This document shows positions 13,160 through 25,581 of a stretch of 64,000 nucleotides of DNA, piece by piece; position 1 is the stretch's first letter, and every line of letters starts with the position of its first letter. Under the pieces are notes generated by a model. It did no database searches, was not told the DNA's origin, and was given only the letters and a program-made list of their open reading frames with translations. The translations under genes were made by a program, and so were the position numbers. The stretch is taken from the NCBI GenBank assembly GCA_951406725.2, contig OX597829.1, forward strand, positions 36,146,001 through 36,210,000. Reading direction: 5' to 3'. This DNA is from Octopus vulgaris. Lineage: Eukaryota.

Positions 13160-13440
13160 TTTGGCTAGGGTGTTGCACTCACTATTGTGAGGTCGTAGGT
13201 TCGATTCCCAGATCGGGTGTTGCGTTGTGTTCTTGAGCGAACTCTCCATTTCATGTTGCTCTACGATAATTTCGATATCTAACATGTGGCATCCGTTGAA
13301 CCTGTAAAGGTAATGTCGATCTGATGGAAGGAGTGCGATTTTGTCTATACACTTGATCACTATAAACAAATTATCTGTGTGGTTGTTCATTAAGAAATTG
13401 TCGAAGGCTCGTAAGATCAACAAAAAAGTACTCCATCTGG
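13160..13440 (+). mobile_element. tRNA-derived SINE (head related to family D), diverged
   Basis: GGCTAGGGTGTTGCACTC...GGTCGTAGGTTCGATTCCCAGATCGGG (B-box) followed by CORE-like TTGTGTTCTTGAGC. Confidence 0.7.
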
Positions 13441-13473
13441 TGAGAGATAAATATTATTTGATAAAAACAATAT

Positions 13474-13852
13474 ATATACTATTAGTTACATGCTATGAAA
13501 ACAGCTCAGACAGCATTTTGTAACGTCTTTGTCTCCGCGCAATCATCAGGTTGTGCTCACATGTTAAGATGATAGGACGATACGATAGGACGGGAGAAAA
13601 AAAATAACAAGTAAAGACGAGAAGAAAGTAGATGCAAAATGTGGAAGGTTGAAAAACCGGAAAACGAAAAACGAAAAAGAAAACAGAAACATGCAAGAGG
13701 AGAAGACGCTCTTTTTCGTTTTTTCACTTATCCTATCGTCTTGTGTTTTAGCATGTAATGTCATGTGGGCACAGACAGAGGATTGCGCGAAGACAACAGA
13801 CGTTGTTATAAAATGTTGTTTAAGTTGTTTTCAACTCAAACTAATAGTATAT
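13474..13852. repeat. Foldback element with about 115-bp diverged arms
   Basis: ATATACTATTAGTT...CATTTTGTAACGTC...CGCGCAATC...TGTGCTCACATG mirrored by CATGTGGGCACA...GATTGCGCG...GACGTT...AACTAATAGTATAT. Confidence 0.8.
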
Positions 13853-14170
13853 GTTTCGTTTTTGGATTTGGTTTGCAAGATTCTTTATGAGTTCATGTAT
13901 TGAAGCATATTCTGTTGTGTCTGGGGAGAGTCATTTTCTTTTTGTGCCTTATTATGTAACACACTCACCGGTAAAATTTCCACGTTTTTCTTATTTTTAT
14001 TGTCCTAAAATTTTCGTTGCATCTTGCAACCAGTCAAAACTATTGAAAAGGTTGCAAGACGCAACGAAAATTTTAGGACAATAAAAATAAGAAATAAGCG
14101 GAAACTTTACCGGTGAGAGTGTTATATAATAAGGCACAAAAAGAAAATTACTCTCCCCAGACATAATAGT
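13848..14170. mobile_element. Inverted terminal-repeat structure (X-Y / inverted Y), probable Penelope-like pseudo-LTR
   Basis: Near-perfect hairpin, 13912-14031 versus 14050-14170. Same family and architecture at 25337-25555. Ends in (TA)n and contains a hammerhead-like motif. Confidence 0.7.
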
Positions 14171-14200
14171 ATATATATATATATAAATATACACATACAC

Positions 14201-14231
<31 letters not shown>

Positions 14232-15022
14232 GTGTGTGTGTTTATACTTACACATATCATGTATGTGTGTATTGCGTGTGATTTACCTTGTGTATGATGA
14301 TTAATTATTATATTGATGGGCAACATCTAATAGTGTAATTTATAAAATTTGGCATTACTAAATGGTTCACTTCATCTTATGAAAAAACATCAGAAGCTTA
14401 TTTTAAAAAAAACTTCCGTTACCTTGTAATAAATTTTAATGAGAGAAACTGCAATATATAAATTAGTTAATTAAAAAATAAAATTTAAAATGTAAATAGG
14501 AAAAGATAACTACAGACAATGAATGAAAGAATACATTTCAACTGGAAAAAATGGTGGTGCCGAGATTTTTTTACAGTGATACCAGTTCTTGTAATTAATT
14601 AGAAAACTAATCCTAAGAATAACAACAATAACAAACAATAAAGGCAATACCATAAGTAAGATATAATGAAAATTCAAACCGAAAATAGCATTTTTTTTAA
14701 CAACATTTATCACTTGATTAAAACTAGTTAAATGCTTTCATTGCAAGAAGGGGATAGTTTTAGTTTTATGTGAGAAATATTAATGTAATAAAAAAAAAGG
14801 AAGCAGCGTAAACGACGAAGAGGGAGAAGAAGAAATGCTTAAATCGAGAGTTCTATCTGTACACATACACACACGAAACGCACATATGATACACACACAC
14901 ACACACAAATACACACGCACACATATCATACACATACACACACACACGCACACATATGCGTGTCTATATACATATACATTATATATATTTATATATGTGG
15001 GTGTATGTGTGCGCGTGTACAC

Positions 15023-15147
<125 letters not shown>

Positions 15148-15219
15148 TATACACATATACATATAGATAAATATATATGCACCAGTACGCTCATGTACAC
15201 GCATATATGTATGCGTGTG

Positions 15220-15263
<44 letters not shown>

Positions 15264-15964
15264 TATATGGGTACAGGACGTCAGCAACAGTAAATACGAA
15301 AACAAAAGAGTTAAATACGCAAATAACGAGAGAAAAAATAGAAAGCAAAACAAGTAATAGAAAGAATACAAAGAACGACCTTTCATCAGTTGTCGACTGT
15401 CTATCTACTCCCCATTTCGAGCAGTCAATGACAATATCAGTCTTCGGAGACAGCTGCTCCCATAAATACCAAAATAAAATTTTGGATTCATAGAGGATCA
15501 AATTTGGAAAAAAAAACAGGACAGTGGAGACATACAAAGAAGCCGAACGAAAACAAACATAGAGGGTCATTAAACCAGAACGTGGGGAAATAGTGAAGGT
15601 TAAGAGAAATATTTTCTTTGAAAAGAGAAGAGATAGAAGCGAGAGATAAGCGACGTCCAGTCCTTAGAACGTCCGTGCAGGAAAAGAAAGATGGTCAGGT
15701 GAAAAAAATTAAGATGAACGATGATCAAGTGAGGAAAAAGAAGATGGACGATGGTCACGTGTGAGCAATGAAAGAGAGAAAAAGAGAAAGCGGGAGAGAG
15801 AGACAGATAGGAAACGGTGAAAGGGAGGGGGCGACTGAGACAACGAGCAGACAAAGAAGTAGATTAAAATACATATACAGACATGTTTTGGTGTTTTGGG
15901 AGTGGGTATTAACCTAATGGGAAGGTGGGAAATAGGTACTTAGATACAAGGTAATGTTCAATAA

Positions 15965-16375
15965 ATGAGGCATGGCTAAGTGTACAAGAGGTTCGTCTTT
16001 TAACCACAGGGTTCCAAGTTTGAAATTTTACCTAGCAGCTTAGACAGATTTAAATTTAGTAGATATACGCTTGTGTAAGTGTTTATGTATGTATGTATGT
16101 ATGTATGTATGTATGTATGTATGTATGTATGTATGTATGTATGTATGTATGTATGTATGTATTTGCGCGTGTGTGTTGCATGTGTGTGCGTCTAGGTAGC
16201 CATATTTATGTATAACTGTGTGTCCCTTATCGCCTGCTGCATCGTTGTATATTCATAACCATTCGAAAATAAATTCGATAAAATAAGTATCAGATTAAAA
16301 TTAGTATTGGTTTCGTCTAAAAGCCTTGAAGTATGTACCCCAGCACAGCCGCAGTCCAATTGTTTTAAGTTGTAA
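15965..16375 (+). mobile_element. SINE family A, highly diverged copy with internal (TATG)n
   Basis: Head-like GGCATGGCT...AACCACAGGGTTCC, then CGATAAAATAAGTATCAG and CCCCAGCACAGCCGCAGTCCAAT tail. Confidence 0.6.
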
Positions 16376-17024
16376 AAAACAAAAACTTAAACAAGACAAG
16401 CTAACATTATATTAATATTTCCAGAAACGTAAAGGCTGAGGCCTGTCATTAACGCTGCAGTGTGTCCGCAGTTAATAGACTTATCTCCTTTTACTAAATT
16501 GAAAAGACAACTAGCTCTTCTTGGAATCTAGTACTGTTTTTTCTGAAGTAAAGCTGTCTCTTAAAAGACAAAATAATCGTACAAATGGGTAGTTTGCAAC
16601 TACTGCGCTCAGGTATGTATCGCCTTGAAATGTACTCATATGGGATAGTAAGATAGAGATAGCCAACAGTGATACAGTACTCATACTCACCCACTTTCCA
16701 AAATCCCAAAACGCAATATTAACAAATATAGGTTTATAACAGGCTCAAACTTATGACGCTATAACTGCTCGCCAAGTGAGATCGTAAGCTAAAATATATG
16801 TTATTGTGATTCATATTTTGTACGTTGTGTAATTATTGACAATTATTGAAATTATTGACTATTATGTCTTTGCTCATTGTTATCCGCCGAAAACTTCAAA
16901 GTTAAAAGTATTCTCATCCACTTGAATCACAATTTGAATTCTTTGCGGGGTTTTTTTTTTTTCTGAATGTCTTGTTGATACATCGAAATATTATTGATTA
17001 AGAATGAAAGTTGTTCTTTCATTC

Positions 17025-17060
<36 letters not shown>

Positions 17061-17165
17061 ACAAAACAAGAAGAAAAAGATACTGTTGTGTAGAATTTCT
17101 GATCCAACAATAATCTTAGGTTTAATCGTTTAACTGCGTTTGACTTCTTAATATTTTAAAATATA

Positions 17166-17403
17166 TATTTCTTTACTACCCACAAGGGGCTAAACACAGA
17201 GGGGACAAACAAGGACAGACATAGGTATTAAGTCGATTACATCGACCCCAGTGCGTAACTGGTACTTTATTTATCGACCCCGAAAGGATGTAAGGCAAAG
17301 TCGACCTCGGCGGAATTTGAACTCATAACGTAACGGCAGACGAAATACGGCTACGCATTTCGCCCGGCGTGCTAACGTTTCTGCCAGCTCACCGCCTTCG
17401 GTG
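17166..17403 (-). mobile_element. SINE family B, young full-length copy with 14-bp TSD
   Basis: Near-identical to 30521-30753; flanked by TATTTTAAAATATA at 17152-17165 and 17404-17417; B-box-like GAGTTCAAATTCC. Confidence 0.92.
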
Positions 17404-18899
17404 TATTTTAAAATATAGGTGAGAATGTTATTACCGACTCAGAAATATTTTGTCAGTTACTTGTCTTCAAGGTTTCATCTGATAAAAATTATGAATTTCT
17501 AGAAATATATAACCTGCTTGGAATATGAATATTTCAAATCTATCCAAATCCTTCTCTCGTCTTGAAAGTTAAAGAAAGTTCAATCAACAGATAACTTATT
17601 TGTCGAGAAACCTACTTGTTTCTTATCTCTTGTATCACCTATACCGCCAGGGACTCAGTATGAACTTTCTATCACTCTATAGGAGTAAGTATAAAGTATT
17701 TTATTATTTTCTTTCTTATAAAGTCTTCCTTCCATTTTACATTTATTTCTGCTATTTCAGTTTCGTTCTACAAACCTTTATTTTGTTTTGTTCTGTTTCC
17801 TTCGTTGTATCTTTTTATCTTTTTTCTAACACGGGAGCGTTTACTCAACAAAAATATTTAATGTGGTAACCGGTTCAAAATATACTTACGTACGTCTTAA
17901 TAAGTCATAATTAATTAGCCGGGTTTTGTGTAATTCGACAGTCACCTCAGCCTACAGCACATCAATTTACATTCTTGTCGCTAAATGGGCACCATATCAG
18001 CAGTGGATTTCTTCCTCATATAAAATACTGTCTCCTCTAAAGGTCTGAATTAACTGACATTCGCTTTACATTAAGGAATTAGAATTAGTTATTAGGTTTT
18101 TTTAGAAGATTATTGAGGTTTTCGATAAATAATACATACCAAATTTAAAAGGTTTTATCCTAACAAATAAATATAACAATTAAATAATTATAATTCACAT
18201 CTCTGATCAAGTATTGAATTTTCCATGTGAAATTCACGTCAAAAATTCTTTATTTAAAGCACTAAACCAGTTTATAAATATGCATTCTTTCTCGCACATT
18301 CATTTTCTTGCATATGCATAAATACAATGAATGCTTTTAAATACACAATCTTAGTCATTCTAAAATGTTTTGTTTTAAATAAATTGCTCACAGAATTTGC
18401 CTTACATATGTAAACTGTTTGATAATGTTTAAATTAAAAATAGAATTAGATAATAACGTCTAGTTAACTGACATATTTGCTTACTGTGTTTATCGAAAAT
18501 AGATAATCTAATCAAGATGCGATTGATAACTTGCTATATTATACGATAGGAGAAACAACTAACTCTGTAAATGTAAATTACAGAGGAAATTCCAATAGAA
18601 TATATGTTCATGAACTGCAGTTCTGAAGAAAAGGCACTCAAATGCCTTTAGAGTTTCGAAATTCTACTTTCTAGATTGAAATTGTAGACGGTTGACTTCG
18701 ATTTTGTCATAGTGTTGTTCATAAAAGAAGTATGTGAATGCTCTGTAGTACATTTCACATTGTGAAACTGTAAAATATGCTTTCTTTGCACTAAAAGAAC
18801 AAATATTATTTAGGAGCCTTCAGAAATTTAATATTACAGACATGTTTATTTTTTAAATATGTTTCATTTGCAAACTTTCAAAAACAATTAACCATTGCT

Positions 18900-18970
<71 letters not shown>

Positions 18971-19074
18971 ACACATTGTTTATCCTTATTTGAAAGATAG
19001 CGATATAAAAAGTAACGCAGTATATCTGCATAGACACATGCACATACAAACATGCAGACATATGTATGTATACA

Positions 19075-19675
19075 TATATGTGTGTGGTTCAGTAAGAAGC
19101 TTGCTTCCCAATCACATAGTTCTAGGTTCAGCTTAATGCGTGGTACAATGGACAATTGTCTTCCACTGTAGCCTCGGGCCGAGCAAAAGCTTGTAAGTGG
19201 ATTTGGTAGACGGAAACTGAAAGAAGCCCGTCTTATATATATATATATGTAGACACAGGCGTGACAGTGTTTTAAAAAGCTTGCTTTCCAACCAAATGGT
19301 TCCGGGATCATTCCATAGGGTGACACCTTGGGCAAGTGTCTTCTACTATAGCCTCGTGTCGACCAAAGCCTTGTGAGAGGATTTGGTCGATGGAAACTGA
19401 AAGAAGCCCGACATATATATACGCATATTTACACACACGCATATGTATATGTATACGTTTTTATGTCTGTGTTTGTCTCCCTATCATCGCTTGACAACCG
19501 TTACTGGTGCGTTTACGTCCCCGTGACTTAGCGGTTCGGCTTAAATAAACCGATAGAATAAGTACTAGGCTTGCAAAAAAATTAGTCCTGGGGTGGATTT
19601 CTTCGACTGAAGGCGGTGCTCCAGTGTGGCCGCAGTCAAATGGCTGAAACAAGTAAAAAATAAAAGAATAAAAGT
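19075..19675 (+). mobile_element. SINE family A with duplicated 5' half
   Basis: The 5' module (head...GGAAACTGAAAGAAGCCCG) occurs at about 19080-19232 and again at 19258-19410, followed by a single 3' module. Confidence 0.88.
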
Positions 19676-20242
19676 ATATATGCTTGCAAATATTTTTCTA
19701 CCTGGATTTACAATAATGAAATAACGTGTAGGAGTTTAATGACTTAATATCAGGTGTACTCTTAATTACCGATCATATATAAAATTATTCATCATCTCCA
19801 TGTACCTATATATGCACATTCACAGTGAAAGCATATGTGTGTGTGTGTGTGCTTGTACGTGCTTGTACGTGCGTGTGTGTGTGCGCGCGTATACGTAGAT
19901 AAGTATGTATTATATATATGGATGTATTTTCTTTCATTCTTTTACTTGTTTCCGTCATTTGACTGCGGCTATGTTGGAGCAATGCCTATGGATTCACACT
20001 TTAAACAAGAAAGGCCGAAACAAATTTAAACATTGGAAGCATTAGTCATTTGTGAAAAAAATTAAGCAAATTCATATTCCTATAAAATACAGGAGAAAGA
20101 AAACGATTTCGCGGTCAGTCGACCGTTTCTCAAAGGAAATGTATCCAGCATCCTTAAAAATCAATGATATCATGTTCCTATTTTTCTCACAACTAGACTT
20201 TCTAACACATTTATTATTCTGTTTGATCAACGCTCTGCTATG

Positions 20243-20330
20243 TGTGGAATGTGTAGGCGCAATGGCCCAGGCTGTATGTTGATCGGATCAACTGGAGCCC
20301 GCGTGTCGTAACTGACGGAGTGCCACGTGA
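20243..20330 (+). mobile_element. Internally deleted tRNA-type SINE remnant
   Basis: Head GTAGGCGCAATGGCCCAG (as in family D at 37503) joined to a short unrelated 3' segment. Confidence 0.45.
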
Positions 20331-20390
20331 TATATGGAATAATATAAATTACGTCGATACACCAAAAGAGTATTGACTAATTTTAGTGTG

Positions 20391-20760
<370 letters not shown>

Positions 20761-20766
20761 ATGTGT

Positions 20767-21220
20767 AAGAAGACTGCAGTAATTGTGAAGAATTACAATT
20801 ATAACGGAGAGGGTTAAAAACTCTTATATGCCTAGAAATAGCAGTCAAAACCACCATAAAGCCACTATAATCACATATTGTTTCTCCTCAACTATAGGCG
20901 CTGTTGGCGAGCGACATGAGACATGGAATTCAAGACTTAAATAAAAATAAAGGTTTAGTCCTCTATTGCAATTTTGAAGTCAGAAACCAAAAGTGGATCT
21001 ATTCTTCTTTTCAGGAGAACATTCCTGTACATAGATTTTTAACATATAAAACATACCTTGGGGTTTAACATGTGTCCCGACCGCGTTTATAGTTGATGAG
21101 AAATACTATGAGTGAGTATAGTGGCTTTATGTCGGTTTTGACTGCTATTTCTAGGTCATATAAGACTTCTTCACCCGCTCCGTTATAATTGTGGTTCTTC
21201 ACAATTATTGCGTTCTTCTT
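20767..21220. mobile_element. Foldback/MITE-like element with about 150-bp arms
   Basis: ACAATTATAACGGAG...CCTAGAAATAGCAGTCAAAACC...ATAAAGCCACTATA mirrored by TATAGTGGCTTTAT...GGTTTTGACTGCTATTTCTAGG...CTCCGTTATAATTGT. Confidence 0.85.
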
Positions 21221-21504
21221 TTATAAAATAATTTTTTGATTGCATGTTCTGGCCACTGATATATTTGTAAATAACTTTGAATTGTGTACAATATATCCTG
21301 CGTAATGTATTTTTATATTCACTCCTATCATGTGACGCTCTGGTACTCGATTGAAGATTGAAAGCTCCGAATGACCCGTCCTTGTTTTTTCCTGTCCTTT
21401 TTTTTTTTTTTTTTGCATTGTCTAACTGTCCGAATATTTTGTTGTCGCTTGTTTTACGCTCTTGTTCTATTTTTTGTTTTGCTTTAATATATTATATATA
21501 TTAT

Positions 21505-21771
21505 ACACACACATACATACATACATACATACATACATACATACATACATACATACATACATACATACATACATACATACATACATACATACATACATAC
21601 ATACATACATACATACATACATACATACATACATACATACATACATTACATACATACATTACATACATACATACATACATACATGCATACATACATACAT
21701 ACATACATACATACATACATACATTCATACATACATACATACATACATACATACATACATACATACATACA

Positions 21772-21802
<31 letters not shown>

Positions 21803-21956
21803 CATTCATACATACATACATACATACATACATACATACATACATACATACATACATACATACATACATACATACATACATACATACATACATACATACA
21901 TACATACATACATACATACATACATACATACATACATACATACATACATACATACA

Positions 21957-21988
<32 letters not shown>

Positions 21989-21990
21989 CA
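21505..21990. repeat. (TACA)n microsatellite, about 480 bp
   Basis: Direct reading; source of the HTYI/MYVC ORFs. Confidence 0.97.
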
Positions 21991-21994
21991 TAAA

Positions 21995-22165
21995 GGGCTT
22001 TAGTCAAATAAATGGACTCCAGAACATATTCTTTGTTAGCCTAGTACTTATGTTATTGGTTTCCTTTAAAGAAACGCTAAGTTACGGGGAGAAAACACAC
22101 CAACAGGGGGTGTCAAGGTGAGGGACAAACACAGAGACATACACAAAGTCATATACACACACACT

Positions 22166-22196
<31 letters not shown>

Positions 22197-22330
22197 GACG
22201 GGCTTCTTTTGGTTTCTGTCTGTTAAATCCACACGCAAGGCTTTGGTCGACCCTTTGCCCAAAATGCTACGCAGTGTGACTGAACTCGGAACCATGTGGT
22301 TGGGAAGCAAGCTTCTTCTCATATAGCCTA
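21995..22330 (-). mobile_element. SINE family A, diverged copy
   Basis: CTTTAGTCAAA...CTAGTACTTAT...GGGCTTCTTT...GGAACCATGTGGTTGGGAAGCAAGCTTCTT. Confidence 0.8.
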
Positions 22331-22459
22331 TATAAATATGAAGCACACTAAAATGTGTGTATGGGTACGTGTGTATCTGTGTGTGTACATATCTGAACAC
22401 ACGCACACACACACTATACACACACATACGCACACCACACATATACATGTACGTATATA

Positions 22460-22692
22460 TTCTTTTATTCTTTTACTTGTTTCAGTCATTTGGCTGCGGC
22501 CATGCTGGAGCACCCTCTTTAGTCGAGCAATTCGACTCCAGGACTTATTCTTTGGAAGACTAGTTCTTATTCTATCGCACTGTTTTGCCGAACCGCTAGT
22601 TACGGAGTGGGGGAGTAAACATGCCAATATCGGTTGTCTAGCAATGGTTGGGAGGGAGACAAACACAGACACAAATACACATACATATACAT

Positions 22693-22746
<54 letters not shown>

Positions 22747-22783
22747 ATATATATATATATGTATATTATATATATGTGTGTGT

Positions 22784-22828
<45 letters not shown>

Positions 22829-22965
22829 CGGCAGGCTTCTTTCTGCTCACAAGGCTTTTGGTAGGCCAGTGACTACAGTAAAAGACACTTGCCCAAGGTA
22901 CCACGTAGTGGACTAAACATGTGATTGGTAAGCAAGCTACTTACCACACAGTCACTCCTGCGCCT
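22460..22965 (-). mobile_element. SINE family A, near full-length copy
   Basis: CTTGTTTCAGTCATTTGGCTGCGGCCATGCTGGAGCAC at one end and GCTACTTACCACACAGTCACTCCTGCGCCTAT at the other. Confidence 0.88.
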
Positions 22966-23407
22966 ATATATATATATATATATATATATTCATAAACATA
23001 TATATATATATATATATACTTCTAACAAGTCTCCATATATAGATACATGCTCATACACACATATTAATGGAAATGGTTTTATTGATATGAGAAGGAAAAC
23101 ATTAACTGAACACGGATCTCAATATGTAGGTAGAAAGAACCATCGAACAACAAAGTTGAAGGATTACTGAAGTCATGGGCACCTTTTTAGATATACACAG
23201 CTACCTACATTCATACTGATGTACACACACATACACGCACATATATACACAAACACACACACATACACACATATTAAACACTGAAAGCTTCAGTGAGTCA
23301 CAAGGGAAATCAGCAATAACTTTATTTAATTGATTTGACGAAATATACGGGGATTGTGCGATCGTATAGGTGCATGCGTGTTTCCATATGTATGTACATA
23401 TACGTGC

Positions 23408-23483
<76 letters not shown>

Positions 23484-24269
23484 GTATAAATGAATGTATG
23501 TATGAATATATGTAGATATATACATATATATATATTAAACGCACAGAAGCACGCACACATATTCTCTCTCTCTCGCACACACACACATGCATACATACAT
23601 CTATTTCGTATAAATGGTATGCATGTATGTATGTATGTATGCATTCTTTGAAGAATGTGCGTTTCATGTGCATGTACTTAAATGTATAAAGAAATTTCAT
23701 TGAGATCATATTAATAAAGAATATATGGATCGGTTGAATGCGGATGGAAATGTAAGAAATTGACATAGAACTAAAGTAAACACATTGAACGGAAGCAGTT
23801 TTCTTTTGAGAGTTGTCTATATTTAAGCAAGTTTCCGTCATTTATTTGCAACAAAAATGATGGATAGGGGTTATGAACAGTTTCAAAAATGTTCGTGTCT
23901 ACTGAAATGTTGAATAAGAATATGAAACAGAAGTTGAAATAATTACTTCACCATACAGTCATATATATGTTGTACATGTTGTATATGTTTCAGTTTTGCA
24001 CCTTGGCCATACTGGAGCACCGTTATGGAAGCTTTCCGATGAACATATTGATCCCATTTTTAAATGCATCAACATAAATTATACAATGTTAGATAGGAAT
24101 GAAAATCTATCAAAAGTGTATGCATAATAGGGTAAAACATGCTAATTAGGCTCTGAAAAAATTATTTAAAAGTCCACAGTGCATAATTAATGCTCATTTT
24201 CCTACGTTGCAAATTGTGGCTCGATATGAAGGATAATATAGCCGGGCACAACTCACACCCTGAAACAAC

Positions 24270-24910
24270 GTAATAACTAATTCTTATAAGCCCATCCACA
24301 AGACTAACGATAAGTTGAGATATGTTTTTATAGACTTAATTCCAAACATTAGCCGAAGGATCACATGCCTTTCTTCATCTGAAGAAATATTAGAAAAGAA
24401 TCTGCAGGATAGTGGCTTTACTGATAAAATGTTCTACAACCCCTCCCCGACCTCCTTTATCATCTGGTCAGAAGAATAAGTTTATGGACTCGCCTTCCCC
24501 TTTTCACTTAATGTTAAGACAAATGTAGGTAGAAGATTCTTGCACTTAGTAGATATCCAATTGCCTAGAGCCCACAAATACAGTAAAATCTTTAACAGTT
24601 ACACAATTAAATTGCCTTTTCTTGTCCCCACCCTTGCCAATATTAAGACATTTATCAATAAGCAACCGACGACTCAAGCCTTCCCTGGATACATATGTAG
24701 AGACAAATCTAGATGTTCTTTCTGGCAGAAATGCGATATATCCACCGTTGTTTATGAAGCACAGGTATCAGCGAACTATGACAATGGTCGAACAGAAATC
24801 AAGTATCGTGTCAGAGCCGTGGAAGGAAAAGTTAAATCCATTTATAACAACCAAGGCACCAAAATTAGTTGTATCTCCTCACGTGATATAAAATCGCTGT
24901 CTCCATAAGT
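24270..24910 (+). mobile_element. Penelope-like element relic (RT C-terminus, Cys-rich linker, start of GIY-YIG endonuclease)
   Basis: Manual translation SYKPIHKTNDKLRYV..NISRRITCLSSSEEI..LQDSGF..PFSLNVKTNVGRRFLHLVD..HKYSKIFNSYTIKL..ICRDKSRCSFWQKCDISTVVYEAQV..EGKVKSIYNNQ, typical of PLE ORFs that carry the Cys linker; broken by deletions. Confidence 0.85.
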
Positions 24911-24991
24911 AAATGTCTGATTTCGATACTGTATGGGTTGGATGTGATAGGATCGAAATCAAACATTTACTTAAGGAGACCACGATTTTAT

Positions 24992-25093
24992 ATCATCTGA
25001 GGAGATACAACTAAGTCCTGTTATACAGGTAAACCGTTACGTAATCTAAATTTAAATCATGTATCTATGTTGTATCGAAACATGTGTAGTGGT
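24992..25093 (+). ncRNA. Minimal type I hammerhead ribozyme (predicted)
   Basis: Stem I ATCAT/GTGGT, core CTGAGGA (24997-25003), stem II GATACAAC/GTTGTATC, GAAA (25077-25080), stem III AC-ATGT-GT, cleavage triplet GTA (cut after 25088). Sits immediately 3' of a PLE ORF relic. Confidence 0.72.
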
Positions 25094-25271
25094 CATTAAA
25101 TAGCTGTCGAATCGTACTCCCTCTTACTTTTGACTCTATTCTTTCATTTTTATTTTTCACACACGAGGAATGACTAAACCTTGAATTGGTAGTATACCAT
25201 AATACTGCCAGGTAATAAGGGTGAACGAGTTCTGTTTTACACTCTAATACATTCTTAACGGAATACACCTC

Positions 25272-25336
<65 letters not shown>

Positions 25337-25337
<1 letters not shown>

Positions 25338-25550
25338 TGTTGTGTCTGGGGAGAGTCATTTTCTTTTTGTGTCTTATAATTTAACACACTCACCGGTAAA
25401 ATTTCCACTTATTTCTTATTTTTATTTTCCTAAAGTTTTCGTTGCGTCTTGCAACCTTTTCAGTAGTCTTGACTCTCCCCAGACACAACAGAATATGCTT
25501 TAACACACGAACTCATATAAAGAATCTCGCAAACCTAATCCCAAAATGAA

Positions 25551-25555
<5 letters not shown>
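25337..25555. mobile_element. Second copy of the X-Y / inverted Y terminal-repeat family, between (TA)n tracts
   Basis: CTGTTGTGTCTGGGGAGAGTCATTTTC... nearly identical to 13912; 25491-25555 is the reverse complement of 13848-13911. Confidence 0.8.

Positions 25556-25581
<26 letters not shown>

Noticed and set aside
15268-15600. Purine-rich segment with minus-strand GAAA...CTGATGA, possibly a PLE terminus
   Set aside because: Single copy in the window, and the motif order and pairing do not build a ribozyme; left unassigned.
17885-18050. Minus-strand exon candidate ending at GTAAGT
   Set aside because: All three frames are closed, and splice-like motifs are expected by chance in AT-rich DNA.
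18620-18670. CTGAAGA-AAAGGCA..TGCCTTT..GAAA
   Set aside because: The hairpin is real but out of register with GAAA, and there is no stem I or III.
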